64,000 nucleotides of DNA, from NCBI RefSeq assembly GCF_031769215.1, contig NW_026782172.1, positions 124,001 to 188,000 on the forward strand, written 5' to 3'. The notes under the pieces are model-generated. The model did not search any database. It was not told the origin of the DNA and worked only from the letters and a program-made list of their open reading frames with translations. A program made the translations under genes and the position numbers. Below, piece after piece: positions 27,590 to 36,946 of this stretch (the first letter of the stretch is position 1; every line of letters starts with the position of its first letter). The stretch is from Ylistrum balloti. Taxonomy: Eukaryota.

Positions 27590-30500
27590 TACATAAACAC
27601 TTCTTAAATCATTATGAAATGTAAATGGAGCAGGCTTAGTTTGTTTTATAGTCAGGATTAGGGTTAGGGTTCACGACACTCTCGATATAGCCAATAAGAT
27701 CAAAGCTGTTAGGGTAAGGGTTCACGATGCTCTCGGTATAGCCAATAAGATCAAAGCTGTTAGGGTAAGGGTTCACGACGCTCTCGATATAGCCAATAAG
27801 ATCAAAGCTGTTAGCGTTCACGACGCTCTCCGCATAGACAATAAGATCAAAGCTGTTAGGGTTCACGACACTCTCGATATAGCCAATAAGATCAAAGCTG
27901 TTAGGGTAACGGTTCACGATGCTCTCGGTATAGCCAATAAGATCAAAGCTGTTAGGGTTAGGGTTCACGATGCTCTCGGTATAGCCAATAAGATCAAAGC
28001 TATCAGGGTTAGGGTTCACGACACTCTCGGTATAGCCAATAAGATCAAAGCTGTTAGGGTTCACGTTACTCTCGATATAGCCAATAAGATAAAATCTGCT
28101 AGGGTTAGAGTTCATGATGCGCTCGATATAGCCAATAAGATCAAAGCTGTTAGGGTTCACGACACTCTCAGTATAGCCAATAAGATCAAAGCTGTTAGGG
28201 TTCACTACGCTCTCGATAAAGCCAATAAGATCAAAGCTGTTAGGGTAAGGGTTCACGACACTCTCGGTATAGCCAATAAGATCAAAGCTGTTAGGGTTAG
28301 GGTTCACGACACTCTCGGTATAGCCATTAAGATCAAAGCTGTTAGGGTTCACGACGCTCTCGTTATAGCTAATAAGATCAAAGCTGTTAGGGTTCACGAC
28401 GCTCTCGGTATAGCCAATAAGATCAAGGCTGCTAGGGTTAGGGTTCACGACACTCTCGGTAGATCCAATAAGACCAAAGCTATCAGGGTTAGGGTTCCCG
28501 ACGCTATCCGTATAGCCAATAAGATCAAAGCTGTTAGGGTTCACGACGCTCTCGATATAGCCAATAAGATCAAAGCTGTTAGGGTTCACGACGCTCTCCG
28601 CATAGACAATAAGATCAAAGCTGTTAGGGTTCACGACGCTTATGATATAGCCAATAAGATCAAAGCTGCTAGGTTTAGGGTTCACGACACTCTCGGTATA
28701 GCCAATAAGATCAAAGATGTTAGGGTTAGGGTTCACGACACTCTCGGTATAGCCAATAAGATCAAAGCTGTTAGGGTAAGGGTTCACGACACTCTCGATA
28801 TAGCCAATAAGATCAAAGCTGTTAGGGTAAGGGTTCACGACACTCTCGGTATAGCCAATAAGATCAAAGCTATCAGGGTTAGGGTTCACGACACTCTCGA
28901 TATAGCCAATAAGATCAAAGATGTTAGGGTTAGGGTTCACGACACTCTCGGTATAGCCAATAAGATCAAAGCTGTTAGGGTTCACGACGCTCTCGATATA
29001 GTCAATAAGATCAAAGCTGTTAGGGTTCACGACGCTCTCGATATAGCCAATAAGATCAAAGCTGTTAGGGTTCACGACACTCTCGGTATAGCCAATAAGA
29101 TCAAAGCTGTCAGGGTAAGGGTTCACGATGCTCTCGGTATAGCCAATAAGATCAAAGCTGTCAGGGTTAGGGTTCACGATGCTCTCGGTATAGCCAATAA
29201 GATCAAAGCTGTTAGTGTTCACGACGCTCTCCGCATAGACAATAAGATCAAAGCTGTTAGGCTTCACGACACTCTCGATATAGCCAATAAGATCAAAGCT
29301 GCTAGGGTTAGGGTTCACGATGCACTTGGTATAGCCAATAAGATCAAAGCTATCAGGGTTAGGGTTCACGACACTCTCGGTATAGCCAATAAGATCAAAG
29401 CTGTTAGGGTAAGGGTTCACGACACTCTCGGTATAGCCAATAAGATCAAAGCTGTTAGGGTTCACGACGCTCTCGATATAGCCAATAAGATCAAAGCTGT
29501 TAGGGTTCACGACGCTCTCCGTATAGCCAATAAGATCAAAGCTGTTAGGGTTCACGACGCTCTCGATATAGCCAATAAGATCAAAGCTGTTACGTTTCAC
29601 GACGCTCTCGGTAAAGCCAATAAGATCAAAGCTGTTAGGGTTAGGGTTCACGACACTCTCGGTATAGCCAATAAGATCAAAGCTGTTAGGGTAAGGGTTC
29701 ACGACACTCTCGATATAGCCAATAAGATCAAAGCTGTCAGGGTTAGGGTTCACGTTGCTCTCGGTATAGCCAATCAGATCAAAGCTGTTAGGGTTAGGGT
29801 TCACGACACCCTCGGTATAGCCAATAAGATCAAAGCTGTTAGGGTTCACGACGCTCTCGATATAGCCAATAAGATCAAAGCTGTTAGTGTTCACGACGCT
29901 CTCCGCATAGACAATAAGATCAAAGCTGTTAGGGTTCACGACACTCTCGATATAACCAATAAGATCAAAGCTGTTAGGGTAAGGGTTCACGACACTCTCG
30001 GTATAGCCAATAAGATCAAAGCTGTTAGGGTTAGGGTTCACGATGCTCTTGGTATAGCCAATAAGATCAAAGCTGTTAGGGTTAGGGTTCACGACACTCT
30101 CGGTATAGCCAATAAGATCAAAGCTGTTAGGGTTCACGACACTCTCGATATAGCCAATAAGATCAAAGCTGTTAGGGTTCACGACGCTCTCCGTATAGCC
30201 AATAAGATCAAAGCTGTTAGGGTTCACGACGCTCTCGATATAGCCAATAAGATCAAAGCTGCTAGGGTTAGGGTTCACGATGCACTTGGTATAGCCAATA
30301 AGATCAGAGATGTCAGGGTTAGGGTTCACGATGCTCTCGGTATAGCCAATAAGATCAAAACTGTTAGCACTACCAGCATCTCTTTTTTAATAACACGTGA
30401 TCCTTATCGAAAGTAATTGTCAGTAGATTGTCTACATGTGAATATCGATGTTTCTGTGAGTTGATACGACAAAAATGACATTTGTTAAGTTTAATTTAAA

Positions 30501-32966
30501 CATATTTTATTGCAATATGATTAGGTACAAGCGTTTATAAAGCCCTTTCAGAATATATTACTACACACACATTATCTCTACAAGATGGCAGTATGGTACA
30601 ATAACAAACAATTATAAACAAGTTGAGAGGGGGAAGGGGGAGGAAGGAGAGAGTAGGAGAGAGAGTAGGAGATAGAGAGAGAGAAGGAGAGAGTGAAAGA
30701 AGAGAGTGAGAGAAGAGAGAGAGAGAGAAAGGGGGGGTGCGAGAGAGGAGGGAGGGGAGGTGTTTAACATTGTATATATGTAGATCATGCATCTGCTCCT
30801 TTTCCACGTAAGCGACACAGATGATACACTGTCCACATGCCCCAAACGCACATCTTGTCAATATTCATCACTTCACGTGCTTTGTATACTTCCACCTTGC
30901 CACTCATTGCTCTCTCGAATATCCGTTTCCATTTGTTCGCTTACACAGAGAATCAACGGGTACATGGTGCATATATACAAATGTTTTCCCATTATAATAA
31001 TTATATTAACTTTAGACGTTAACATCACATTTCTCTCATAAAAAATATCTTCAGATGAGTGAGGAAGAGCGGGACAGAGAAATTCAAAGACGTGCTTGTT
31101 AGAATCTGTTTGTTTCTTGGATATATTGCTGAATATGCAAAATATAGCTTGAGTTTCTTGTTAAAATGTATCATTAGCCATGCAAAAATAGTGTTCATCT
31201 AGTCACATAGATAAAGGTAGGGTTGTAAGACAAATAAATAAGAGTATGAATATTAGGTATATTTCGGTGTCAGCTATAATATGTATTCTATGCCATCTTT
31301 TTGATGAAATGCTCTTAAAATATATCGTTATGTAAACTTAAACAATTTAAATTTTCTGTAAAATAAATATATATATGATACAGGTAAATGGTAAATACAA
31401 ATAATTAGTAGATAATTAAGAATGAACCTTGTCCATGAAAACAGTAATAGGTAAAAGATAAAAGTTGTATAACTGAACAATGATAACAGTATTGTCTCCC
31501 TTTGTACTAGTTATTGTAACCATGGTATATGGTTAAGTTAAAAATAAAACATTGTTGATTGTGGCAAAGCTTGTAAGCTAAGATATATATATCTATATCC
31601 CATCTGGTGTTATATCGATTTTTGGTGTATATACCAACATAGACTCATTAACATGTATGCTTTAATATCGTATCTCACACATAAATTCCTTAAAACATGT
31701 CTAACTTTGTATGGCAACAATATCCAATTTCACCCTATCAATTTTGTATTCAGTTGTAGCTACATAGGTGTACAATAAAATTTTCTTTTTAAATCAACAG
31801 AAAATCTATTAAAAACAAGCCACAAAGCGAGGCGTTATCCCCCGCACCCAACTGTTGATGTGAAACGCACATATAATATATGTACAGGTATAACAATTTG
31901 TGACGTCACTCACTGATGTACTGCTACCATTACCTGAAGATCTAATACAGTAAAAGCACTATTGCAAAATGTAACGTCTTCTTTTGTTAATTATCAATTA
32001 AATGTCCTTACGTCTCCTCAATTTCAACATATATCTTACATATAAACCTTATAGTAAGAGTTTATATCTTGAGGTAGATCCTGTGGGTTTAACTGTTGAT
32101 ATTTGAATATAACTTTGTATTGTCCATGAACAAATTTATGCAAAATTCTCTAAGCTCTGGGGTAATAGAAGAAGTCAAAAGAAATCGAAAAAATCGTTGG
32201 TAACAGAACAAAGATAAATGATAAAATGTCCTAAATAAAAAGGCAAAACTAGGGCACAAACTTAATATATACAGAAAGTTTAGTTGAGTTAGGTGGATTG
32301 GCTTCAAAGTTGTAGCCCGGCAAGGAAAGTTAACGGTAATTTTGTGTTTTTGACTATGGTAACAACAAAAATATCAAAAAAATATAAACAGCACAAGGCA
32401 CAACTAGAGCACTAACCTATCATATACAGAAAGCTTTGTTGAGTTGAGCGTAGTTGTAACCTGGACAACAAAGTAAACACTTATTTTGTTTTATTTTTTT
32501 GTTTGAATTTTTCTTTTTCTTTTTTTGGTTTTTGGCCTTGTTCCATGGTAACACAAATCTTTACAAAATGACGTCAATAACAAAAGGAAAAACTACAGCA
32601 CTAACCTAATATGTGCAGCAAGTTTTGTGAAGTTGAGTTAAAAGGTTTTGAAGTTATAGTCCGGAAAAGCCCTCGGACGGACGGGCGGACGGACCGTGCC
32701 CAAATTAATATCCCCCTCGAACGCGTTTCGCGGGGTATTATAAAAGACATGATGACCTTCAGGCTGTAGTCTGTTATAAAATAAATAACGTGGACGATTG
32801 AAATTATGTATTGATACAGAGATATTACTGTTTCTGAGACCTAGCAGAAATATCCAGTTGTTATTTTATGTGTTCACAGGCAGAACTTGAAAGACTACAG
32901 GAGCATCTAAGATTGCTGGAGGAGGGCAAATCAGGTCCGAAATTAGACGAAAATATCAACGAGTGA
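9846..32966 (+). CDS. HVCN1: Voltage-gated proton channel (Hv1/HVCN1 family), 304 aa; join(9846..9931,18387..18511,23385..23692,26055..26108,26821..26959,27399..27514,32880..32966)
   Basis: Phases 2,1,0,0,1,0 all match and the total of 915 nt ends in TGA. S1 LVVLD (selectivity Asp), S2 HYASLTILSIFVVE, S3 FDAIVVLVSFTLD, S4 RLWRITRIING (RxWRxxR signature). C-terminal heptads VEKLKNQ-VTSLEAE-LERLQEH-LRLLEEG align colinearly with the human coiled coil. Paralogue identity within molluscan Hv genes not determined. Confidence 0.93.
10567..10610 (-). ncRNA. Degenerate minimal type-I hammerhead ribozyme motif of the Penelope-like element
   Basis: Minus strand reads TTGT CTAATGA A GGTGACC ttgtg GGTAT T GGAAC GTC ACAA. 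Stem I is TTGT/ACAA. The core is one substitution from CTGATGA and GGAAC is one substitution from GAAAC. Likely inactive. Confidence 0.55.
10567..11480 (-). mobile_element. Degraded Penelope-like element (RT thumb plus GIY-YIG C-terminus) with a hammerhead relic at its 3' end
   Basis: Relic peptides INRCDNIITEEQNKKRE, PHKTLKDSLVHFKN and KESIWIR...LNRNER, interrupted by stops and deletions. Hammerhead-like motif at 10567-10610. Confidence 0.6.
11686..12591 (+). repeat. 63-bp minisatellite, about 14 units, hammerhead-derived, with a 4-unit higher-order repeat
   Basis: Unit gtgaccgtgtagtcatcgaaacgtcacactctaatcttctactggttgtgttataagatgaag. A block of four variant units recurs at 253 bp spacing (11809 and 12062). 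Confidence 0.95.
14753..14900. other. Assembly gap (148 N)
   Basis: Run of N. Confidence 1.
16860..17460 (-). mobile_element. Degraded Penelope-like RT 3' fragment with terminal motif
   Basis: Minus relics RHIDNIFS and IFLFLDSNIP, then gtaaacgtcttctgcttcatc...ccgccatgtaaac at about 16891-16935. Confidence 0.45.
18387..18511 (+). CDS. HVCN1: Hv exon 2 (S0-S1: TREKLAELMKSNLIQYGIISLVVLDSVIILLEFLIDLEMIH)
   Basis: Acceptor tttgtttcag, donor gtaagt at 18512, LVVLD motif. Confidence 0.95.
19370..20150 (-). mobile_element. Highly degraded Penelope-like fragment with terminal motif
   Basis: Terminal motif taagcgtcttctgcttcatcg...gccatgtaaacc at 19389-19431. The internal similarity is weak. Confidence 0.3.
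20850..21640 (+). mobile_element. Degraded Penelope-like RT fragment, plus strand
   Basis: Relic FGGKIFQQTIDIPILTHCVP resembles FQQTIGIPMGTNCAP, and IYALESEIKGT resembles IYPxELEIKDT. Ends in catggcgggtgccgtcgatggagcagaagacgcttacc near 21571. Confidence 0.65.
21821..22065 (+). mobile_element. tRNA-derived SINE with a V/Meta-like central domain
   Basis: A box TGGCGCAGTGG (21832), B box GGTTCGATTCC (21874), core gggttttccccgggtactctggtttcctaccac, A/T-rich tail. A related copy lies at the window end. Confidence 0.85.
22700..22860 (-). mobile_element. Terminal fragment of the same Penelope-like family
   Basis: agaagagtaagcgtcttctgcttcatcgaggagacccgtcatgtaaa is the reverse complement of the 21571 motif. 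Confidence 0.5.
23385..23692 (+). CDS. HVCN1: Hv exon 3 (His-rich S1-S2 loop plus S2)
   Basis: Acceptor tattcag at 23384 (alternative in-frame ccag at 23390), donor gtacgt at 23693. Ends EFAEHVLHYASLTILSIFVVE. Confidence 0.92.
23859..25648 (+). repeat. Degenerate pentamer satellite (GGTGT/GGTAT/GGCGT/GGTGC)n, 1.8 kb, in Hv intron 3
   Basis: Strong G/T strand bias. An internal duplication of about 295 bp (gtcgcacggtatgg block near 24249 and 24544). Confidence 0.95.
26055..26108 (+). CDS. HVCN1: Hv exon 4 (VAAKIYAEGTHLLKHKAE)
   Basis: Acceptor tttacag, donor gtaaga, 54 nt, phase 0/0; S2-S3 linker. Confidence 0.9.
26268..26620. repeat. 35-bp minisatellite, about 10 copies (ccactgttttagttaccctgtggcacgacacttta)
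   Basis: Direct reading; near-identical units. Confidence 0.95.
26821..26959 (+). CDS. HVCN1: Hv exon 5 (S3-S4: VFDAIVVLVSFTLDIIFSFVNVTDAARDAAGLMVILRLWRITRIIN)
   Basis: Acceptor tgttgtag, donor gtaaaa at 26960, RxWRxxR signature. Confidence 0.96.
27399..27514 (+). CDS. HVCN1: Hv exon 6 (GVIISVKMDADKKIEEQKAARSRAEEEVEKLKNQVTSLE)
   Basis: Acceptor ttttcag at 27398, donor gtgaaa at 27515. A duplicate acceptor lies 51 bp upstream. Confidence 0.9.
27528..27589. repeat. (ATC)n microsatellite, about 20 copies
   Basis: Direct reading, 13 bp after the exon-6 donor. Confidence 0.95.
27652..30367. repeat. 45/51-bp minisatellite, roughly 55-57 units, containing TTAGGG/TAAGGG hexamers
   Basis: Unit gttagggttcacgacactctcgatatagccaataagatcaaagct, with or without one extra hexamer. 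It is the source of the 897-aa minus-strand ORF. Confidence 0.97.
30626..30760. repeat. Polypurine (GA-rich) tract
   Basis: About 135 bp almost entirely G/A on the + strand. Confidence 0.85.
31814..32740 (+). mobile_element. Helentron-associated non-autonomous element (HINE-like)
   Basis: Starts aacaag. Subterminal IR ttatcccccgc (31835) / gcggggtatta (32730), (GGAC)n near 32676, and 3' hairpin cccctcgaacgcgtttcgcgggg. Confidence 0.65.
32880..32966 (+). CDS. HVCN1: Hv terminal exon 7 (AELERLQEHLRLLEEGKSGPKLDENINE*)
   Basis: Acceptor tttatgtgttcacag, phase 0. Continues the heptad register and aligns with human QEIERLNKLLR. Confidence 0.85.
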   Translation, partial: AELERLQEHLRLLEEGKSGPKLDENINE

Positions 32967-33087
32967 AAGATATGAGGCCAAAATGTTTGTAAATAGTTCA
33001 AACTTTTAAAACAGGAATGGAATCTGAGTAAACATTGGAATCTTTCTGGACAAAATGTAACCGTATCAATGGTATGGTGTTTTGTAT

Positions 33088-33356
33088 TGTGACGTGCACC
33101 CTTATGGTAGCGTGCGTGCACGCCGGGCTCTTAATTTATACGGAGCTACCTGCTCCAGAGGCGATCGGGATACCTCGGCTACCTGGCCGAACAGTTGAAC
33201 AAAATAACACAAACAATATATCAGTATACACTACAATAGGAGGGACAGTACCCCTGTCCTCCCTACACCGTCGCCTGGACGTAGATCACACCACAAGGCT
33301 ACAACACACAACACTCAACAGCCTGCCAGCAGCGCAAATTGAATAAAATCATCACA
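33088..33356. mobile_element. Solo LTR, 269 bp, Gypsy-like
   Basis: TG...CA ends, imperfect terminal IR tgtgacg/catcaca, 4-bp TSD GTAT (33084-33087 and 33357-33360), CpG-rich body. Confidence 0.7.
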
Positions 33357-34053
33357 GTATTAAAGGGAGCAGTAATATAATTTACGATATAAATAGAAAA
33401 GAAACATTTGTTTCATAAATGATTTTAACTTGGTGTGTGTAATGAGTAAAAATACGGAAGCGTGTAGGGGCCACACTCACACATAATGTACTATACTTTC
33501 CTGTAAAACTCTCCTTCACGGACATAATCGTCGCCATCTCGGGATAAACAAGGCTTCATTGTACAGATTACATATAACTGTTTGATAATATAATTAAAGT
33601 GCACTGGCCGGTACTGTAAGCTTATCATCTTAAAAAACCGAAACAAGTGGATATACAGGAATGTTGCCTGGTACAGTCAAAGTCCATAACCATTAGTGTT
33701 TTGTGTTGAGAAAACAAAATAAAATACAAAACAGGCACCAAACTGTGTTTCTAGCTATGTTCTCCTTTGTCATTTAACGTTATTAATCTCGATTTAATTG
33801 ATGTTCGATCAAATAACGTTACTGTTACTTCCATGTGACTCCTAATGAAAAACATTTATTTGACTAAAACTCAGTCATATGAGATTACATCTATCTTATT
33901 ACATGCACGAGTCCTGTTGATTTGCTATAAGTGTCTATTGTGGGGTAGGGTTTATTTACCAACTATATAGTTAAGAGTTCAACTAAGTATATTTTCTAAT
34001 TAAGCCACAAATTTGTAGGTTGGACATGTTAATTTATCAGATACTGGCTGAAT

Positions 34054-34513
34054 AGTGATATAAAAGTTTAAAATGTTTACAAAGTACCACATGTGATGTA
34101 AAAGTTTAAAATGTTTACAAAGTACCACAAGTGATGTAAAAGTTTAAAATGTTTACAAAGTACCACATGTGATGTAAAAGTTTAAAATGTTTACAAAGTA
34201 CCAGAAAGAACATTTTATGTAAAAGTTTAAAATGTTTAGAAAGAACATTTTATGTAAAAGTCTTAAAATGTTACCTTACAAAGAACATTTTATGTAAACC
34301 CTCTCTAAAATGTTTAGAAAGAACATTGTATCACCCTCTCTAAAATATCATACCTTCAGAAAGAACATTTTATTTAGATTACCCTCTCTAAAATATCATA
34401 CCTTCAGAAAGAACATTTTATTTAGATTACCCTCTCTAAAATATCATACCTTCAGAAAGAACATTTTATTTAGATTACCCTCTCTAAAATATCATACCTT
34501 CAGAAAGAACATT
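34054..34513. repeat. Compound minisatellite: 38-bp units grading into 48-bp units
   Basis: 38-bp period (34093, 34131), hybrid units at 34204-34330, 48-bp period (34357, 34405, 34453). Confidence 0.9.
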
Positions 34514-36711
34514 GTATTTTCATTGCTTCTGTATTTCTCTTGTAAAAAAAGTATATATATACTCATGTAAATATTAAGTGCTGTGTTTGTAACTTTGGAG
34601 GCCTTAATCGGTATGGATCCGGACCTACCACGTATATACCAGTATACGGGTATTTTCTGTCGCCCGGGGCGCACCACTCGTCACTCTGTGAGGTTTGAAA
34701 CTATACGATAAGACTGATTAATGAAGGGCCAATACTCTGTTATAAACACCGGTAATACGCACGTGAATGCCATTTTGCAAAAACTACACAAGTTTTCTGT
34801 TTTGATTTCAATCCGTAATTTAAGCCAACCATTTTCAACAAACCGCATAAAATATGCGATCCTTCCGTACAATTGTACACTAGGTATTGTATAGTGTGTG
34901 TGTGTCCGCGGACGATATGCGCACGCAGGTTTTGGTGAGTTGTGCGTTAACACAACTATACCGACGACAGGATGACATTAACAAATCAAAGTACAGAAAG
35001 TACTGAGAGGCTAAACGTATTGAAAAATGTTCACAAATAACCTCTAAGCTATATTACTTTCCCCATACTCCTACACTTTGGAATGCAAAAATTACTAAAA
35101 TAAGAGAACCAGAGGCTATTTTCTTAATTTTAAGCGATTTTATATCTTCTTTAATTCTTATTTCAAATTTGACGACAATAATGTGAACAAATCAAAGCAG
35201 ATCTGCCGTCCAGAAAGATAGCTAAGTTTGTCAATACAATAGATTAATAGGATTAGTAAATATCACCGCTGATCACCGACTTACAGTTACAAATTATCAG
35301 TGTGCCTTCATAATTTACACCCAGTCTACAAGATGTTATTGATAAAATTAATCTTTCACCGATGTAGTCAGATTACTGACTTGTGTATCTTAAAATACAC
35401 TGATATTGAAATCACATTTTGTAACATTTTGTTTGAAGGAATATTTTCATTTCAAGGAACTTTGATACACATTAACAAACATAGAGAAATCAGCACAATC
35501 AACCTTCATCAAATAAAACTAAAAGACAAAAAATATAAGTTATAACAAAGTCAACATCATGATCAGTACAGTATTAAAATATATATTATTCATAAATCAT
35601 GAGCACTAATTGTACCTTGTCTACGAAGCGCAAACTTTTTATCAAACCAAGCCCTCAGACTAGCTTCTTATCATGGCGCCAACTCGCATGTACAGTGTTC
35701 TGTACGCTTACGTCATGTCGAGAAGGATTCATAAGCCGCCATACAGTAAATACACTGTAAATCAAGTTACGCAGTCACAATAAACTTTGAAGATACAAGA
35801 AACCAGTTTTTGCTTACTTACGGCAGAGACGTATCTCTGCTTACGGTTAATATGGTTGTTTTCTAGAAATATTCACAGCAGGCGATAAGAATCACGTCAG
35901 CTCGATCTTCTTCAACAGCAAAGGTCGGGGATGTCCGTGAGCAAATTCCGTTAAATATATTGTTCAAAATTTATCAATAGTTCAACCACACTGTGCTTCT
36001 TTTTTGAAATATATAGTAATCGTATTGTTATTTAAAAAATAAACTTATTGTGGATGCTTTTAAAATAGCGATTTAAAAGATAGCGGCATTATTTACGCAG
36101 AAAATTGCCGCTAGAGGGCTCTAACTCTTTTCGATATTTCAGCCAATGAGAAGGCCAGGATCGGTGAATTTTGTCTGAAAGGCCGTCGTAATAGGCTGTA
36201 CGTACTGAGTACGTTTAGCCTAAAAAGATCTTTACCAATCAATAAAACAATTAAATTATAAATTCAATTGAAGTGCTCCGATGCCACGTTCTATATATAA
36301 GGACCATGCTTGATCAACGCGGCATCGCTATTTCCTTAATCCAAAATTAAGTTTAAGCCTTGATTCTGCCTGCTTTCATAGCAAAGTAAAGGATACCGAT
36401 ATAAGCTATACAAACATACCAGGGATAGAGCTGGTTAACACCCCTTTATCTGGTAGTACGAGAACAAGGTTAAATAAGTAAATACTACAAGCAAAGTGAT
36501 TCAATCTTATGATTTTTTTTTCAACGCTTGATAAACCAAATTTTCATCAAATTTACATGTACGTTGTGTTCATGTAATATGCTTAGATAATTAATTTTTC
36601 TATGCTGTTGTTTCACCGCCAATTCTGTTGTTATATTCCGCATCCGTATAATGAACGAAATAACAAAAATTCTCAATTCATCAATGGAGCGCTGATTGAT
36701 ATCGGAAGCAA

Positions 36712-36946
36712 TTAAAAAGGAAAAGTAGTCGTGGAGAATTCCTGGCATTCTTTCGGCATTCCTATCCAGGTCCCATACCCCTTGCGATGAAGAATTCCAT
36801 AGGTATCTTCCTTGCTGCTCTGATATCTTGTAGATGCTTTTTTAGTTTCCCAATAATTGCCTTTGACCATGTGCAGTAATTGGAAATATTTACAGACCTT
36901 TTTGTAGTGTTGAAGAAGCTGTAGTTTACATAATCTTGATTTTGTC
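36712..36946 (-). CDS. ADAR: ADAR-like exon 9 ([14 protein letters not shown]...[22 protein letters not shown])
   Basis: Acceptor atatttcag, phase 2, stop TAA at 36714-36712. Confidence 0.9.

Noticed and set aside
27636-30329. 897-aa ORF as a bona fide protein gene
   Set aside because: It lies wholly within an intronic minisatellite and antisense to Hv. Triplet unit lengths and stop-distant codons explain the openness, and the opposite frame is open too. Kept only as a finding.
27652-30367. Interstitial telomere or chromosome fusion scar
   Set aside because: Only one or two hexamers per unit, separated by 39 bp of non-telomeric sequence; no pure (TTAGGG)n tract.
35640-36200. CpG-rich, promoter-like patch with CCAAT and a minus-strand donor
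   Set aside because: No ORF, RNA structure or TE ends could be established; too weak to call.
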